A stretch of 64,000 nucleotides of DNA from Plasmodiophora brassicae (taxonomy: Eukaryota), in contig CP145420.1 of the NCBI GenBank assembly GCA_036867785.1, positions 310,001-374,000 on the forward strand, given 5' to 3'. Made by a program: the position numbers and the translations under genes. The notes below the pieces were generated by a model, which worked only from the letters and a program-made list of their open reading frames with translations, searched no databases and was not told where the DNA came from. Below, in pieces: positions 23,509 through 36,062 of the stretch. Each line of letters opens with the position of its first letter. The first letter of the stretch is position 1.

Positions 23509-25722
23509 TCAAAAGCAGCCAGTTGCTGTCTCAACTCCATGCACGTCCGGAAATCGGTCAGCCTCACCATAGAAGGATCGGTGCGTATCGCGCGATAGCT
23601 TGCCCTGGAGATCGACGGACGGCGCCCGCCCGCACAAGGCCGCGTTCGCAGCCAACCGAACACAGCGGACGTCGTCATTCGACAACGACTGCAGGACGCA
23701 GAGAGCATCAACAGAGGTGGTGTCACGGTCGTCACCCTGTAGTGCGACAATCAGCCGTATACCGTTCAACTTCACGTCCTCATCCATCTCGCCCGGCAGG
23801 TTCATGATAACCGAGTTCAGCCCGCAGCGAACGAGCGCCACCTGGTCCAGGAACACTGAGCGACATGGTGATGACAGCATGTCGGCCATTGCTAACAATG
23901 CTTCGGCGCGAACCGATGGTTCATCGTGTCTCGCGGCCGCATCCACTACGCGTGGCGCGTATTTCGACACGATCGAAGTCGAACAGGTAACCGTAGCGGC
24001 AACTCGTGCAGCACGAATCGCTGCAACAGCGATATCGGCGTCGGCGTCAGCCGTGATGCACTGAAGCACCGAATTGATCAAGTCTGGGACACGGTCCACG
24101 ATGGACGGGATACAGAGCGGTATGCCACCAAGAAGCGTCCAAGCGTGTACCGATGGTGGCCTGCGCACGAACACGGTACGCAGGGGGTCGAGCAGCCAGT
24201 CCTCTGCTGCCAGAACAGGCGACACGCCCCAGTGCGTAAGAACGTCAATTGCCAATACCTGGCAACTGTCGACACAGACGCAGAATCAGCGGTTGGTGCA
24301 AGCTGACGACGATACCGTATGCGCGTACTGTGCGAACGATGCATTGGTGAGCGCGTCGACGACGAGTCCGGCGCAGCGACCCGTCAGATGATGCGGAAGG
24401 TCTGATAGAACACCAACGTCAATGGACATCAGACATTGGAGACAGGACGCCAGGCAGCCGCGTGCTTGTAGACCGGGTACGATCAGGCCTAATGATGGGT
24501 GCAGGAACCGTAAATCAGGGCCGTTGTCGAGGAAGGTTTGCACAGCACCTACGCTCCATCGCCACCTGCAATCGCTCAACGGTATCCAGCCAGTCCGGCA
24601 GGCAGGGGCATATGAGTGCTGGGTGCCGCGACAGGCCGGCCACGACAAGATCAAACAGGTCTGCGGGCGTGTCGATCCTCGCCATGCAGGACGCCACGTA
24701 AATGCTGCCCTGCAACGCTGGTGTCAAGTGACGAGCGCAGGGCAGGCGCCAGTGGCGTACTGTGGCGTTGCTGTCGGTAACAGATCGACGGACCATGTCC
24801 ACGATCCGGGATCCAACATCTCTGTCGATCAGGTCCCCGTTCGCTAACGCTCGTAGGACGTCGTAGGCCGATGAGCGCTCGCGCTGGCTACAGGCGACTT
24901 CGGCGACGCGAAACACCTGCGCAGGGCATTGGGCAAAGGACACCGATCAGGAACAGGCACGGAGGGGAACCTACCAGGTCGTATTTCTTGATGGCGTCAA
25001 CGCCTTTCGCGGTCTTCAGCAGCAGGCGAACGGTCTCCAGCGACGCGTCGACAGACTGGTCGTCACGCAAGGCCTCGTGAAGCGACAGCTCGACATCGGC
25101 CCCGATCAGCGCCGCCGCCAGCGCCGCCGCCTGTTCGCGAACATACCAGCTGGGATCCGCGAACGCATCAAGACAGAGTTCGGCGATTCGCGGACAGGCA
25201 GCAGCAGGGCGGTGCAGGGACGGGACGATGGCGCCGAGCGCCTCGAAGGCGGCGCAGCGGACCCGGGGGTGCATGCCGTCGACATCGGCCTTGTACGTAC
25301 AGAACGGCAGGACGCGGTCAACGATGCCGACGATCGGTTCGGGCAGGCGGCAGCAGTGCCGAGCGATGCACGCGAGCAGACGCAGGCACCCTGCGGCACG
25401 GTAGACGTCAGCGCGTTTGACGGGAAGCGATCGCAACGGGTCACCTGCGGCGACGCGTGCGTCGCTGTGCACGAACCCGGCCTGGATGATGTCGATCGGG
25501 GTGCACCGATCAACGACGGCCTCGGCGCCGTGCCTGGCGCACAGCTAACAACGCGATCTGGTCAGTACGCATGGGGGGCGGGGCGGCCAGCATCACTGCG
25601 CCTACGTCGTCGAACCAGGCGACAACCTTCTCGAACCAGGTATCGTCGCATTCGCGGACGGGCGCACGCAGGACCAGCAGGAGGCGCTGGCGCACGGCGG
25701 CCAGCTGCTCCACGTTCGTCAT
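23509..25722 (-). CDS. BRAT1: BRAT1-like ARM/HEAT-repeat protein (multi-exon)
   Basis: N-terminal DDTWFEKVVAWF resembles BRAT1 DDTCLEKLLDWF. HEAT motifs PRVRCAAFEAL, DPSWYVREQAA and DEPSVRAEAL. C-terminal ...GCF* resembles BRAT1 ...DCY*. Confidence 0.62.
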
Positions 25723-25821
25723 GCGACGCAGTTTACGCGCACCCTCGAAGCCAGGCCAAGGTATGTCTGTAGGTTAGGTGTGGACCACCGTTGTTGCTAC
25801 ATGAATAGGTACTAGATCACA

Positions 25822-27898
25822 CTACACGACCGCCTGAGGTTCGGCGGTGGACGTCAACGACCTGGACGGCGTGGGCTTGGCGGCAGCCGCCATGCGTTTC
25901 AGGATGTGTTCGGGAACGTGCTCGAACGGGACTCGGCAGGTTTGCCCAAGGTGCTGGACCTCCTGAAACAAACGTCAGAGCCGGGTTCACAGCGCGCAGT
26001 GCCTTGACGCTGAGTACCAGGATGCCTCTACTGGATTCGCGGCCGACGACGACGACGAACGGGAACCCGACCAGGTCGACCTCTTTGAACTTGCGCCCGA
26101 TTTGGATCAGGGGGCGGTCGTCGAGCACGACCTCGCCGCGAAGTTCGGGGAGCATCTGCAGACGGTCGTAGGTCGCCTGGGCTGCGTCCAGCTGCAGGTT
26201 GGTACCAGCTGCCAAGATGGCCACTTTGTATGGCGCGATTGGCAGTGGCCAGCGGATCCCTTTCTATATCGACGTTAACGACAAACACGTGACACAAAGC
26301 GTGCGCTCCCGTCCACCCACCTTGAGAGACTCTTCGGTGGCACTTGCTTCTACGACGGCCTGCAGGATTCGAGTCAGGCCAATTCCGTAGCAGCCCATGT
26401 TGAAAGGCAAGTCGTCGCCCAGCTGATCTCTGAACAAGGCAGACAGCTGGACGGAGTACTTGGTGCCCAAGTGGAAGATGTGGCCGATTTCGATGCCGCG
26501 CGTTTCAGCAAGCCGGCCGTGAGCGCACTTCGAGCAGGCGTCGCCGCTGACAACTTCCTTGATGGAGCCTTCAATGGTCTTGACGTCAAAGTCGGAGTCG
26601 AACTCGTCCCCTGTTTCGTGGCACGCCGGATCAAGAAGGATCACAGTGGGGATCGTAACCTCGGCGTCATCGGGGCGCACTTCGATACCACCCAGCAGAC
26701 GTTGCACCAACAGCGGGTTGACTTCTCGTCCTTCGGGAACGATGGCAACGATTCTACAGTAGTCGGGATCATCCGACGTGAAATTGAATCGCTTCATGTT
26801 CGGCGAAACCTCGACAGGCATCCCAGAGACAGCACGTTCGGCGTTCGCAGCATACCCGCATTTAGGGCACGTAAACAGCCGGTCTTCGCCAGACGGTGAC
26901 AGGATGTGGTACTCGTGCGACAGGTTGCCTCCAATGGCACCTGTATCGGCAATGACTTTTTGAACCTTGAAGCACCAACGATGAGACGTGTGCCCGTTCC
27001 CACAACGGAAGCAATATCTACCGGAATGCCCATCCGGGCGAATATGCGATCGTAGGCGGCTCCAACGGCTTCGTAGGTCTCGACTGACTCCTCGGGCGTA
27101 TCGTCAAATGTGTACATGTCCTTGGAACGGGGCACGCGTCAGAAACGGGAACCAGGTCTGAAACGAAATAGAAGACGACGGCCACCTTCATGATGAACTC
27201 CCGACAGCGAAGCAGGCCGAACCGGGGTCGCTTTTCATCGCGAAACTTGGGGTTGATCTGGTACAGTCGAAGTGGCAGCTGCCGGTACGATGACACCTCC
27301 GCTCCAACCAGCGTCGTGATAGCCTGCACTGACTTAGCCGCTGGCATGCCATGAAACGTCTGCAATCGTCGGCACCTCTTCACAGGTGGGAGCCAAACAG
27401 AAGCTGCCGCCCTTGCGATCCGACAGCTTGAACATCTGCCAGGCAAACCATCAGACAAGGACCTCAGAGCGGATCGGCGGCCCTCGCTTGCCTCCTTTCC
27501 CATCAGGGACCATCGCCCCGTCTTCTTCCACACGTCCGACCCGCTAATCAGCGGAATATGGATTTGCTGAGCGCCGATGCCATCCAGCTCATCCTTGATG
27601 ATCGCCTTCATTTTCGACAGCGTCCGCATCGCCAACGGCAGCAGCGTATAGATGCCCGACTCCATCTACCACGCGCACGACGATCACACACACACACACA
27701 CCAGCACTGCTGCCCTGCAACGGGCGGAACCTTGCGAATGAACCCAGCCCGTATCAGCAGCTGGTGGCCGGGCAGGACGGCATCGGCGGGCAGCTCCTTC
27801 TGCATCGGTGCGAACAGCGACGACATGGAGAGGCGGGGCCGGACGCAGGCCGACGTGGCTACATGACGGACCCCCCGACGCACCGCGGTGCGCACCAT
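25822..27898 (-). CDS. PARS2: Prolyl-tRNA synthetase, bacterial/mitochondrial type (multi-exon)
   Basis: Arg-rich presequence, [77 protein letters not shown] and an anticodon-binding domain. Confidence 0.92.
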
Positions 27899-28359
27899 CA
27901 CCGCCACTGCGTCGTTGCTGCAGCCTGCAGCCACACCTACTGTACCTACCAGTCACCTGTCGTGGTCGCTGCGCAAAACCGTAACGACAACGGCAATTGG
28001 CTGACAACACGCACCCTGACACACACGAGCTGGGCCGAACTGCTGCTGAAGTGGTTCGCGTGTTCCGGCAGCAGTTGTCACGTGGCGCACAGTGGGTTTG
28101 CGTGCGCGCGCCTACCAATACCGATGTCAGGCGGTGTGTTGAGTCATGACGTGCGCATCGATGAGCGGGAGTCATTGGCGCGGAGTCGGGGCGCATGCCC
28201 CCCCCCCCCCCCCCCCATGTGTGTGGCTGCGAGCAGCGACCCATTATTAATTGTTTGATCAAACACCAAGTCCTATTATTTTATAATCCGGTTATTATTC
28301 TGTTGCTTGCTTGAATTCCGCTAAAGGGCGCCTTCAACCCAATCGTTATTTCGTCAACG

Positions 28360-28887
28360 ATGAACAGCACGCATGCGTTCTACTCGAACCCGATCCCGTT
28401 CGCGAGCGAACATCACCCGACCATGGCTGGATTCGCGCCGTACGAAAACGCGCAGGTCATGCAGAACGCCATCGTCGTGCAAGCGCCGATGGTGTTCGCT
28501 GCCGACGACCAGGGCTCGTTCGCGATGTCCCCGGTGAAGGTGCGCAAGCCCAAGACGCGCTGCGCCTGTGTCCCCTGCGTCAGGGCCAAGACGGCATGCG
28601 AGGAACGTCGCCCTTGCCGGCGATGCATCCGGTTGAACCTTCAGCACAGCTGTGTAAACCGCCCTGAAGGTCCCCACCGGAAAAAGTTCCTGACGGATCC
28701 TGCACCATTCGCCGTGGTGCAACCAACGGCCATCCGGTGCCCATCGACGTCGGTGCAACCCAAGCTTCCGACGGGCAGCCGGGCCAACATCCAGGGAACG
28801 CTCTTCTGGACCCCTGTGAAACGGGAACGCTACCGTGCTGCTCAAGAAGGTCAAGCAGCTACATTTGCACAGCAGACATGTAAATAG
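28360..28887 (+). CDS. Zn(II)2Cys6 (GAL4-type) DNA-binding protein
   Basis: CVPCVRAKTACEERRPCRRCIRLNLQHSC fits C-x2-C-x6-C-x5-C-x2-C-x8-C. Confidence 0.8.
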   Translation: MNSTHAFYSNPIPFASEHHPTMAGFAPYENAQVMQNAIVVQAPMVFAADDQGSFAMSPVKVRKPKTRCACVPCVRAKTACEERRPCRRCIRLNLQHSCVNRPEGPHRKKFLTDPAPFAVVQPTAIRCPSTSVQPKLPTGSRANIQGTLFWTPVKRERYRAAQEGQAATFAQQTCK

Positions 28888-29014
28888 CCTCTATAGCCAT
28901 ACAGGGTACCCAATGTTGTTTCGAATCAATATTAAGGTGCATGTTTGTATGAATGCTGAGTACTGTTAGATAACGTCTAGGTCCAGTGAGAGAAGAATGT
29001 GACAACAAACCGGC

Positions 29015-30130
29015 CTATCTGCGGTGCATAGGTGCCAGCGAACGGTTCTGTGCGAGGACGCCGTCGAGGTCGTTCAATAGTTCAGCGACCGAAGAGGGCA
29101 GGGCCGCATGGAACGTCAGCGTTTGCGGGGCCGCACGCAAGACGGCAACGAAGGACCCAACCTGCGCGTGATGGTCGCCTTGTTCAACGCGAGCGAAGCC
29201 AAGATCCGATTCGATCTGGAAGCTGCCAACTGGCGTCGTCTGGCAGAACGACGACGCAGACGAATGGAACGGGGACATCGTCAGCTGAGGCGGTGCCGCC
29301 ACTGGCAGTGACGATGACGCGATCGACGGCGGCGTACTGTTGAGAATGGATGGGTTCGCCGAGAACGGCGGCGTGCCAATGCTCGTGGTCAGCAGATCCC
29401 GTCTTGATATCGAATCCGGCAGCGTCGAGAACGGCCCACCGCCGCCAGTGTCGCACCACCCATCTGGCAATCGCGACGGCCGCACGTAGTCGGCAATGAT
29501 GACCGGTTGAGCCAGCTCGGGCGTGTGCATGGCGACGTCGTACTGGATGTGCGGGCGATAAAAGACGGACAGATGCAGAGACCCGCTGGGACCGGCATTG
29601 ACAGGGCCGAACACGAAATTGTTCACAGGGGTATTCACAAACGTGCGCGTCGCATCAGGCGTCCCATAACTGATGGAGTAGTACAGGTTGAACAGGAGCG
29701 GATCAACACGGTCAAGCGCTCGTTCGCCCATAAGAAACAGTTTGTGTACAGGCAGGATCCGAAGCAGCGAATGCAGCGACCTGAGCATGACGAGGGCGTG
29801 CTGATAGACAGATGCGGTCCCGAGGTTGCCACGATACCCAGCGCCTTCTTCGACATTGAGCGACCAGCGTTCGAGCAGAACGCCTTCGCGTTCGTCGCGC
29901 CACGACAGGCTGATATCGAGGTGCAGGGGCAGGCCTCGACCGAAGTCGATACCCGGTGCGGACGTGCTGCGCCCCGAGGCCAGTTCGCTGGCCTCGAAGT
30001 TGAACGACCGCGACGACCGGCGCGTCTCGGGATCGCTGGACAGGATGCGCGCATCCAGGACGATGTTGACGATCCGGCCGGTCAGGTTGGCCAGCATGCG
30101 CTGGCGGGCCGCGCGGTCCGACACGACCAT
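29015..30130 (-). CDS. ATG13: Autophagy protein ATG13 (HORMA domain)
   Basis: ATG at 30130. IVLDARI, FNF, PLHLDISL, VLLERWSL, VYQHALVMLRSLHSLLRILPVHKL and GSLHLSVFYR, followed by a Ser/Pro-rich tail. Confidence 0.85.
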   Translation of the reverse strand: MVVSDRAARQRMLANLTGRIVNIVLDARILSSDPETRRSSRSFNFEASELASGRSTSAPGIDFGRGLPLHLDISLSWRDEREGVLLERWSLNVEEGAGYRGNLGTASVYQHALVMLRSLHSLLRILPVHKLFLMGERALDRVDPLLFNLYYSISYGTPDATRTFVNTPVNNFVFGPVNAGPSGSLHLSVFYRPHIQYDVAMHTPELAQPVIIADYVRPSRLPDGWCDTGGGGPFSTLPDSISRRDLLTTSIGTPPFSANPSILNSTPPSIASSSLPVAAPPQLTMSPFHSSASSFCQTTPVGSFQIESDLGFARVEQGDHHAQVGSFVAVLRAAPQTLTFHAALPSSVAELLNDLDGVLAQNRSLAPMHRR

Positions 30131-30344
30131 GACGCGCGCATCGGCGTCGTCGACGACCCAGTGCTCCCCGATCGACGACGTCGTGACCGGTGGTGGCGGG
30201 CAGCAACGCCCCCTTCGGGATTGCCACAGTGTGGGCCCCCCGGAGTTCGCGTTTTCCACCGACTCTTCCGCAGCAGCAACCCAAAACGGGACAGCAACAT
30301 GTTCGCCCGACAGGCATCTGGTACTACGACTACGTACAATATAT

Positions 30345-32762
30345 TTATGTGGGTTTCTTCGACGACGAAGACGACCCCGTCGACCCACGAAGGACCCAGC
30401 GGACAAACACGGATATCGTAGTGGACAGGAGGACGACTAGCACCCAGAACATGGGATATCCGTACGTCCACTGCGCGAAGGTCGTAAGTCCACAGGCTAC
30501 GACGGGCTCCGATGGCGGTGCGTACCGTTAGCTCCGGTATGGGAGACAGCTCGGTCTGGACATTGTAGAAGTTCATACCGTACACGCCCTACAGGGGGTT
30601 GCCCGTTACTATGCATTATATATGGTACTCAGACAACATTGGCGTTACTGTGAGGAACTGGGCAGGGATGAACGCCGTTGTCACACCTAGACGGGAGGAA
30701 TGGTTAGAGCAGAGGTGCGCGAAGCGAAACGACGAACGACGTACCTGTCAGCGTGTAGAGGATGTTGTTCATCCGCTCCTCTTTGTACGTACGTACCTCG
30801 TTCCTCAACGATTCGCATTGCGATATCATCTGCTCCATATCCAACAGCGAATTGTTGATGTCTTCATCGAGGTCGGCTAGGTATCGCCTTGGGAAGCAGC
30901 GTTAGGTCGACACCCGTCGCAGCCACATCCAACAACCCTACCGAAGACTAATCTCCAACGCGGTTTCATCGGCAACGCTTCGCATGATGCGCCTCAACGG
31001 TCGCACCTTGCGTTGAAGGTTTTCTGGGTGCAAACACCGCAAACGTCAGACCAAGAGACTCCCGGAACGAACGATGTGGCCTTACCTAGGTCGTCTCCCA
31101 GCGCAATGATCATCTTGATGTTCTCCGTTTTGTATCCAGCCTCCTCGGTATGGAGCAGATCCTGACCGGACGTTAGCACGAGACGCCCAGGGGACACGCC
31201 ATCGTGGTTACCTGATGGTAGATGATGAACAGGCGCAAGGCGTCGACGACCTCAGTTAAATTCTTAGATATGATCTCCAGCACTGCACGACTCAGATCCC
31301 AAACCGCCCCTTCGTCACAGGCAGGTGAACCGTACTGGCGAATTGCAACCACTGCGTGCTTCCTCGTCGAAGCATGGAATAGTTCGAGGACAGCTGTCCC
31401 ATGAGGTCAGCGAACATGGGCCTTTGCCGGGCCTCCTCGCCGTCGAACTTCTCCAGGATGTCAATGTTCTGCGCCTGCGTGTGCGCACGCATGCCGGCCT
31501 TCACCCAGGGCGTCTGCACGTGAATGAGCTCGTTCCACGCCTGGTTATCTAGAAAGATCGCCAGCTGGCATTCCTCGATCTCAACCGCCGGCGCAGTCCT
31601 CGAAAGGACTGAGGAATGATGCGCCCGCCCTGAATCGCTTTTCTCGATCGAACGGCTGTACTCGGCAACTGACCGTGCCGATCGTGGCGACAGCCGGTAC
31701 GACGGAATGACCAGAAAGTCGCACCTTCCAAACACGAGCCTGTCGACCAGGCCAGACTTAGGAAAGGTCCATACAATCATGTGATCGGCTGCGCCGACCG
31801 CTTGGGGCGCTCATTCTGCAGGTTGAGGACCCGCTCGACCCCCAGTGGGTGCAAGCGATACCGAAGCGCCATCATGATCAGGAGGCGCCGGTTCTCGATG
31901 GCACAACGGCATTGCGTCGTCCTGTAATCCAACCCCATAACGTTGTCGAACGCGATCCACAGGACCGGGTGCCCTGGCGGGTGTGCACGTCAGAACGACG
32001 ACAGTTCCACGTAGTTCGACAAACAGATCACCTGACGCCAGCCCATGCATCTTGGCGCTGTCGGAGGCATGCAGGAAGAACTGGTGCACGGCGTCGGGCT
32101 CATCGACGGCGGAGGCGGCAAAGTCCTTCGCGTTGTAGCACTGTGTGGAGAGCGACGACCGTGGTCCACATGTGCCCGCGTCGTGTTCAGGGCAAGGTCC
32201 ACCTGGTAACGCCATGCCGTCCAGCTGTTCCAGTTTCGTCCTCTGTGGCGTTTCAGACAGGCTGGTATTCGCCACGGATGCGGTTCCTCTGGATCTCTAC
32301 CTGAAGAATCCAGGCCAGTTGCTGGGCGGATATGCATCGTTTGTTGTTGATGACGCTGACGATGTTGAGCAGGTCGTTGAACTCCTCGCAGGCGCCGAGA
32401 TTCGAGAACCCTTTCGATTCGAGCCCGTCGATGAGTTCCTCGTGCGACACCTGCCCGTCGGCACTCTTGTCGAACACGACCATCAGGCGTTCGCTCCCGT
32501 CCAGCGTCACGTCGAACATCTGCACGTCGATGTCGCCGGGCGACGCCAGCGGTATCCAATGAGCATGCTGGGCCAGCCTCCGCCAGATCTCCAGCGGCAC
32601 GCGGCCCAACCCGAACCACACGTCGGCGACATCGGTGAAGTTGGGCGTCAGGACCACGACGCAGTTGCCGCTGGCGCTGACGCTGGCGCTGGCGGCCGGG
32701 CCGACCTCGCGGTCGACGTATTTCGTCCATGCCGCCTTCGTTGCCGGCGCCTCATTTGGCAT
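30345..32762 (-). CDS. CorA-family Mg2+/divalent cation transporter with N-terminal EF-hand-like loop (multi-exon)
   Basis: YRLHPLGVERVL, ERMNNILYTLT, TAFIPAQFLT, the YGMNF signature and a final TM WTYGYPMFWVLVVLL. N-terminal DKSADGQVSHEE. Confidence 0.8.
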
Positions 32763-33490
32763 CGATTGTGCACTGTAACGGCGTCTCCCCCGCCTGTGAC
32801 GGCCGACGGGGGAGGCGCACGCCTGGCTCAGTGGCTGGGGGCCGACCGCTGCCCACGCGTTGTCCGGTCGCCGGCCTCGTCGTCCGTTTGCCACGAGTCA
32901 CCACGACGCGTCTGGCAACGTGCTCAATGCGTCCGAGGCAGGTCAAGTAGTACAATGTATTGATAATCAAGTCGGCGCTCCTGTGGCGCGTATCGTCTAG
33001 CGCGTGCCGTGGTCCAAGCCGCCGCGCGTCTGGACAGGGGCTGCGAGTGGCCTGCTTGCAGAATATCAGTATAAACCTGGGTGTTCGTACGTATAGCATG
33101 AGGCTAGGGCTGTACGTGATGGCGCTGACCCAGCGAGGTCTGCCTTGTGGTTGAATAGCCGTCCCAGTGGACGTTGGCAGCTGTGGCGCCCGCACTGTCC
33201 TTACGACGTGGTACTCATCGCGCTCGATTGCCAGATGGTACCCAAGGCGCGACATACCTGCTACGCTGGCCTTACTGTGAAATATGCGCTCCTCCACAGC
33301 AGCGTGCGCCGCGTGTCGAGTCACCACGTGACGTCATCATCGTCGCACATCTGCACTCAGCAAGCGCCCACCAGGTACAGACAAAAAGGTTGGAGCACCC
33401 AATATTTGGTACGTCACACCTAGAGCCTGGGATGCAACACCCAGACTTTGTCACTTTTCACCCAAACAGGTCACAGGGTGTCGAATTGGG

Positions 33491-33668
33491 ATTCAGCACC
33501 CAGAAACTGGTGCACTCCACCCAAAACCTGGGATACTCCACCCAGAGACGGGAGCACTCCACCCAGGGACTGGTGTATTCCACCCAGAGACTGGTGCATT
33601 CCACCCAGAGACTGGTGCTGTCGACCCAGAGACTGGTACGCTCTACCAAGAGACTGGCGCACTCAACC
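33491..33668. repeat. Degenerate 21-bp tandem repeat (~8 units, consensus CCACCCAGAGACTGGTGCAYT)
   Basis: Directly visible periodicity. Confidence 0.9.
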
Positions 33669-33912
33669 TTAGCCTATGTGGCAAAGTGCGTAGACTTCAC
33701 ATTCCGCACCCGCGGAGCGTTGCGGCTCCAAACTCAACCGTCGGCGTCGTGTAGGTCACCAGCTGTTTGGCGATTGGCCCTAGTTGCACAACCTTCCGAT
33801 ACCCGGCCAAGTAGCTCCTGTCGGGCAGTTCGTTAATCGAGCCCCTCCGGCCGGCACCCGTGGGCGTCGTGGCCAGCGGCGTGCAGCTCGCTGACAATAT
33901 GGTTGCATTGTA

Positions 33913-35230
33913 TTACTCGATATCTAGTGCACCGCCCAGCATCCTTGGGCGCCCAGGTCCGGGCAGATAACCTTGCGGTCTAGCCCGGACCTCTTCTTGT
34001 GCTGGTACACCTCGTCCACCGCCACGAGGTCCCTGCCCGGCACGACGCTGGCCACGACGCCCGCGGTTGGGCGCCGGCCGGGGGGCACGATTAACAAACC
34101 GTCCGACAGGAGCTACTTGGCCGGGTATCGGAAGGTTGGACTTCTTGAGAGCAGCAACAATATGCACACAGAATCCAAATTTGTGAGCCAACGCACAGGG
34201 GCACCTGTGCGCCGCTACATCGACTCGCCAACCTTCGACCGGCATATCGGCACGTTCGAAGTGCTCGTAATGCTTCATAGCACCGCGTAGGACTATCTGC
34301 CTCCAACGCGCATCAGAACAGTCCGCCATGTCGCGTTCATTGAAGTCCTACCATATCATTTACGAAATCAGCTCACTGTTCAATCACAGACCTAAGACGA
34401 CTTACGTCGTGCGCTGCAAATGGGCGCTGATGTACGAGAACACTACCGTCGGGACCGCGGCGGATGTCGAACACGCCGGCGCGGTCAAGGGATGCCCAAT
34501 GACTGAGCATCGTCTTGCTCGGCGCGAAATCTGCCGCAAACTGTACAGGCAATTGCGACTTGACATGAATCAGATTCGCGGCAGCCCGGATCCACATGGG
34601 AATGTGGAGGCGCTTCCTTTCCGTCGCATCCTACATAATGCACATTAGTTATTGTATTTGCTTACGAGAGTGGCCAGCCATTACCTTTTTAAACTCGCCG
34701 TTGAATTGCTCAACGCCATTGTTCGTTGAGCATACACCGACGCTCGTATGGCATATTGCGCCACGCCATCGATACTGTTCAGTCGACCCATGTGCACGAT
34801 CTCCGGCACCCTGCACCATTCGTCGCCGCTTGTCAGATGGCGTGGCATTCAGTGTGGGCAATGCCCACAGCGCACGTCGGCCGCTGCACATCGATGTAGC
34901 GCATAGCAGCAGTGCGCCTACCTAGCAACCGACCGATATGGCGGCATTGACGCTGGCTTATCGTAGGTTGGATTGCGCAACGGACATGGAGCGTGTCAGG
35001 CGAGGGCTACTGCGCCGGCATCTGGCCAGGCGTCTGCAATCGACGGCGTCTGCGTCAGGGAACGCCAGTGCTGCAGGGTCGACAGACGCGGCACGAACCT
35101 CATCTGGAGGGCCGGACGTGAAACTATGGCACGTCGCCCTTGCATTAGGCCTGCCCATTGGCTAGTACGGTTTCGCTGGACCGGGATAACAACGTGGGCG
35201 TCGTTTGAGCAAATGTACATTCGCATAGTT
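33913..35230 (-). mobile_element. Mutator-like (MULE) transposase-derived SWIM-domain gene or remnant
   Basis: HTSVGVCSTNNGVEQFNGEFKK, then (after an intron) DATERKRL, resembles the MULE catalytic-Glu region. SWIM finger CPCALAHKFGFCVH. The upstream part looks degenerate and the 5' limit is uncertain. Confidence 0.65.
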
Positions 35231-35269
35231 ATGTTTGGCGAGGACGTGGCAAAGACGAGGCTCTGAAAG

Positions 35270-36020
35270 ATGCTGGAACGGACCTGATCTCAGCTAAGCG
35301 TCAAGGTCGTGTTTCCGTATTCGCTATCGTCAGTACCAGGCTGCGATTGACAAGCGTTTCGGGGATGTAGAGGCAGAGGATCTTGCACGCCGGTCGAACC
35401 TGTCGAGCGAGTCTGTTTGGCGCATCCAGGACCGACTGTCGGGTGTGGTCGGTGTTTCGCCAGAGGACCTCGGCGACATGGTGGCGAGTGTTAGCACTGG
35501 CGGAGCGAACCCGTGGGAAGTCCTCTGCCTGTTCAGGAACTCGCATTTCGAACGCCGACGCCTAGAGTCTGCCGAAGCGAAAGTCGGCGTCGCCATGCTC
35601 GGGGAGGAAGACACGCCTCTGCAGAAGCTGGATCTCGCCTGGCGCGCTGTACAGCCGGATACGTCCCAGCCGTTGCGGTTCGAACGGTTTTCTGAACTTC
35701 TGGATCGCATGCTGCGAACGGGGCATTTCACGAGTGGATCGATTATTCGTCAGACGCGCTGGTTTCCTCCCGAGTGGAGCGTCAGTTTGGCAGTCCCGTT
35801 GTCGGTGGTAGACTAATACGTTCTCCAGATATTGTCTGGGCAGGGAGTTGCCGAGGTGTACTACGACAAGCTCAAGAAGGCGCGCGATGAGAGTATTTCG
35901 CTGGAGGAATTCAAGAGCGTTTCCCCACAGTTGACCGAGAAGGGCGAAATTGTGCTGTGGTACCTGCTCCCCAAGAGGAAGAAACCGGAGGAGCCCAAGA
36001 AGGAGGAAGTGAAGCAATAG
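35270..36020 (+). CDS. Hypothetical protein, possibly with degenerate EF-hands (multi-exon)
   Basis: Plus-strand coding segments with GT-AG introns: LQKLDLAWRAVQPD, DESISLEEF and a lysine-rich end. The start is uncertain. Confidence 0.45.
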
Positions 36021-36062
36021 CAGCAGATGGCCAGAGTACATAAATACTGACCATCGGCATGT

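Noticed and set aside
27685-27701. (CA)n microsatellite
   Set aside because: Short, intronic and unremarkable.
33174-33836. 220-aa ORF with STQRLVH repeats
   Set aside because: It has a non-ATG start and is explained by the 21-bp repeat and the inverted transposase fragment.
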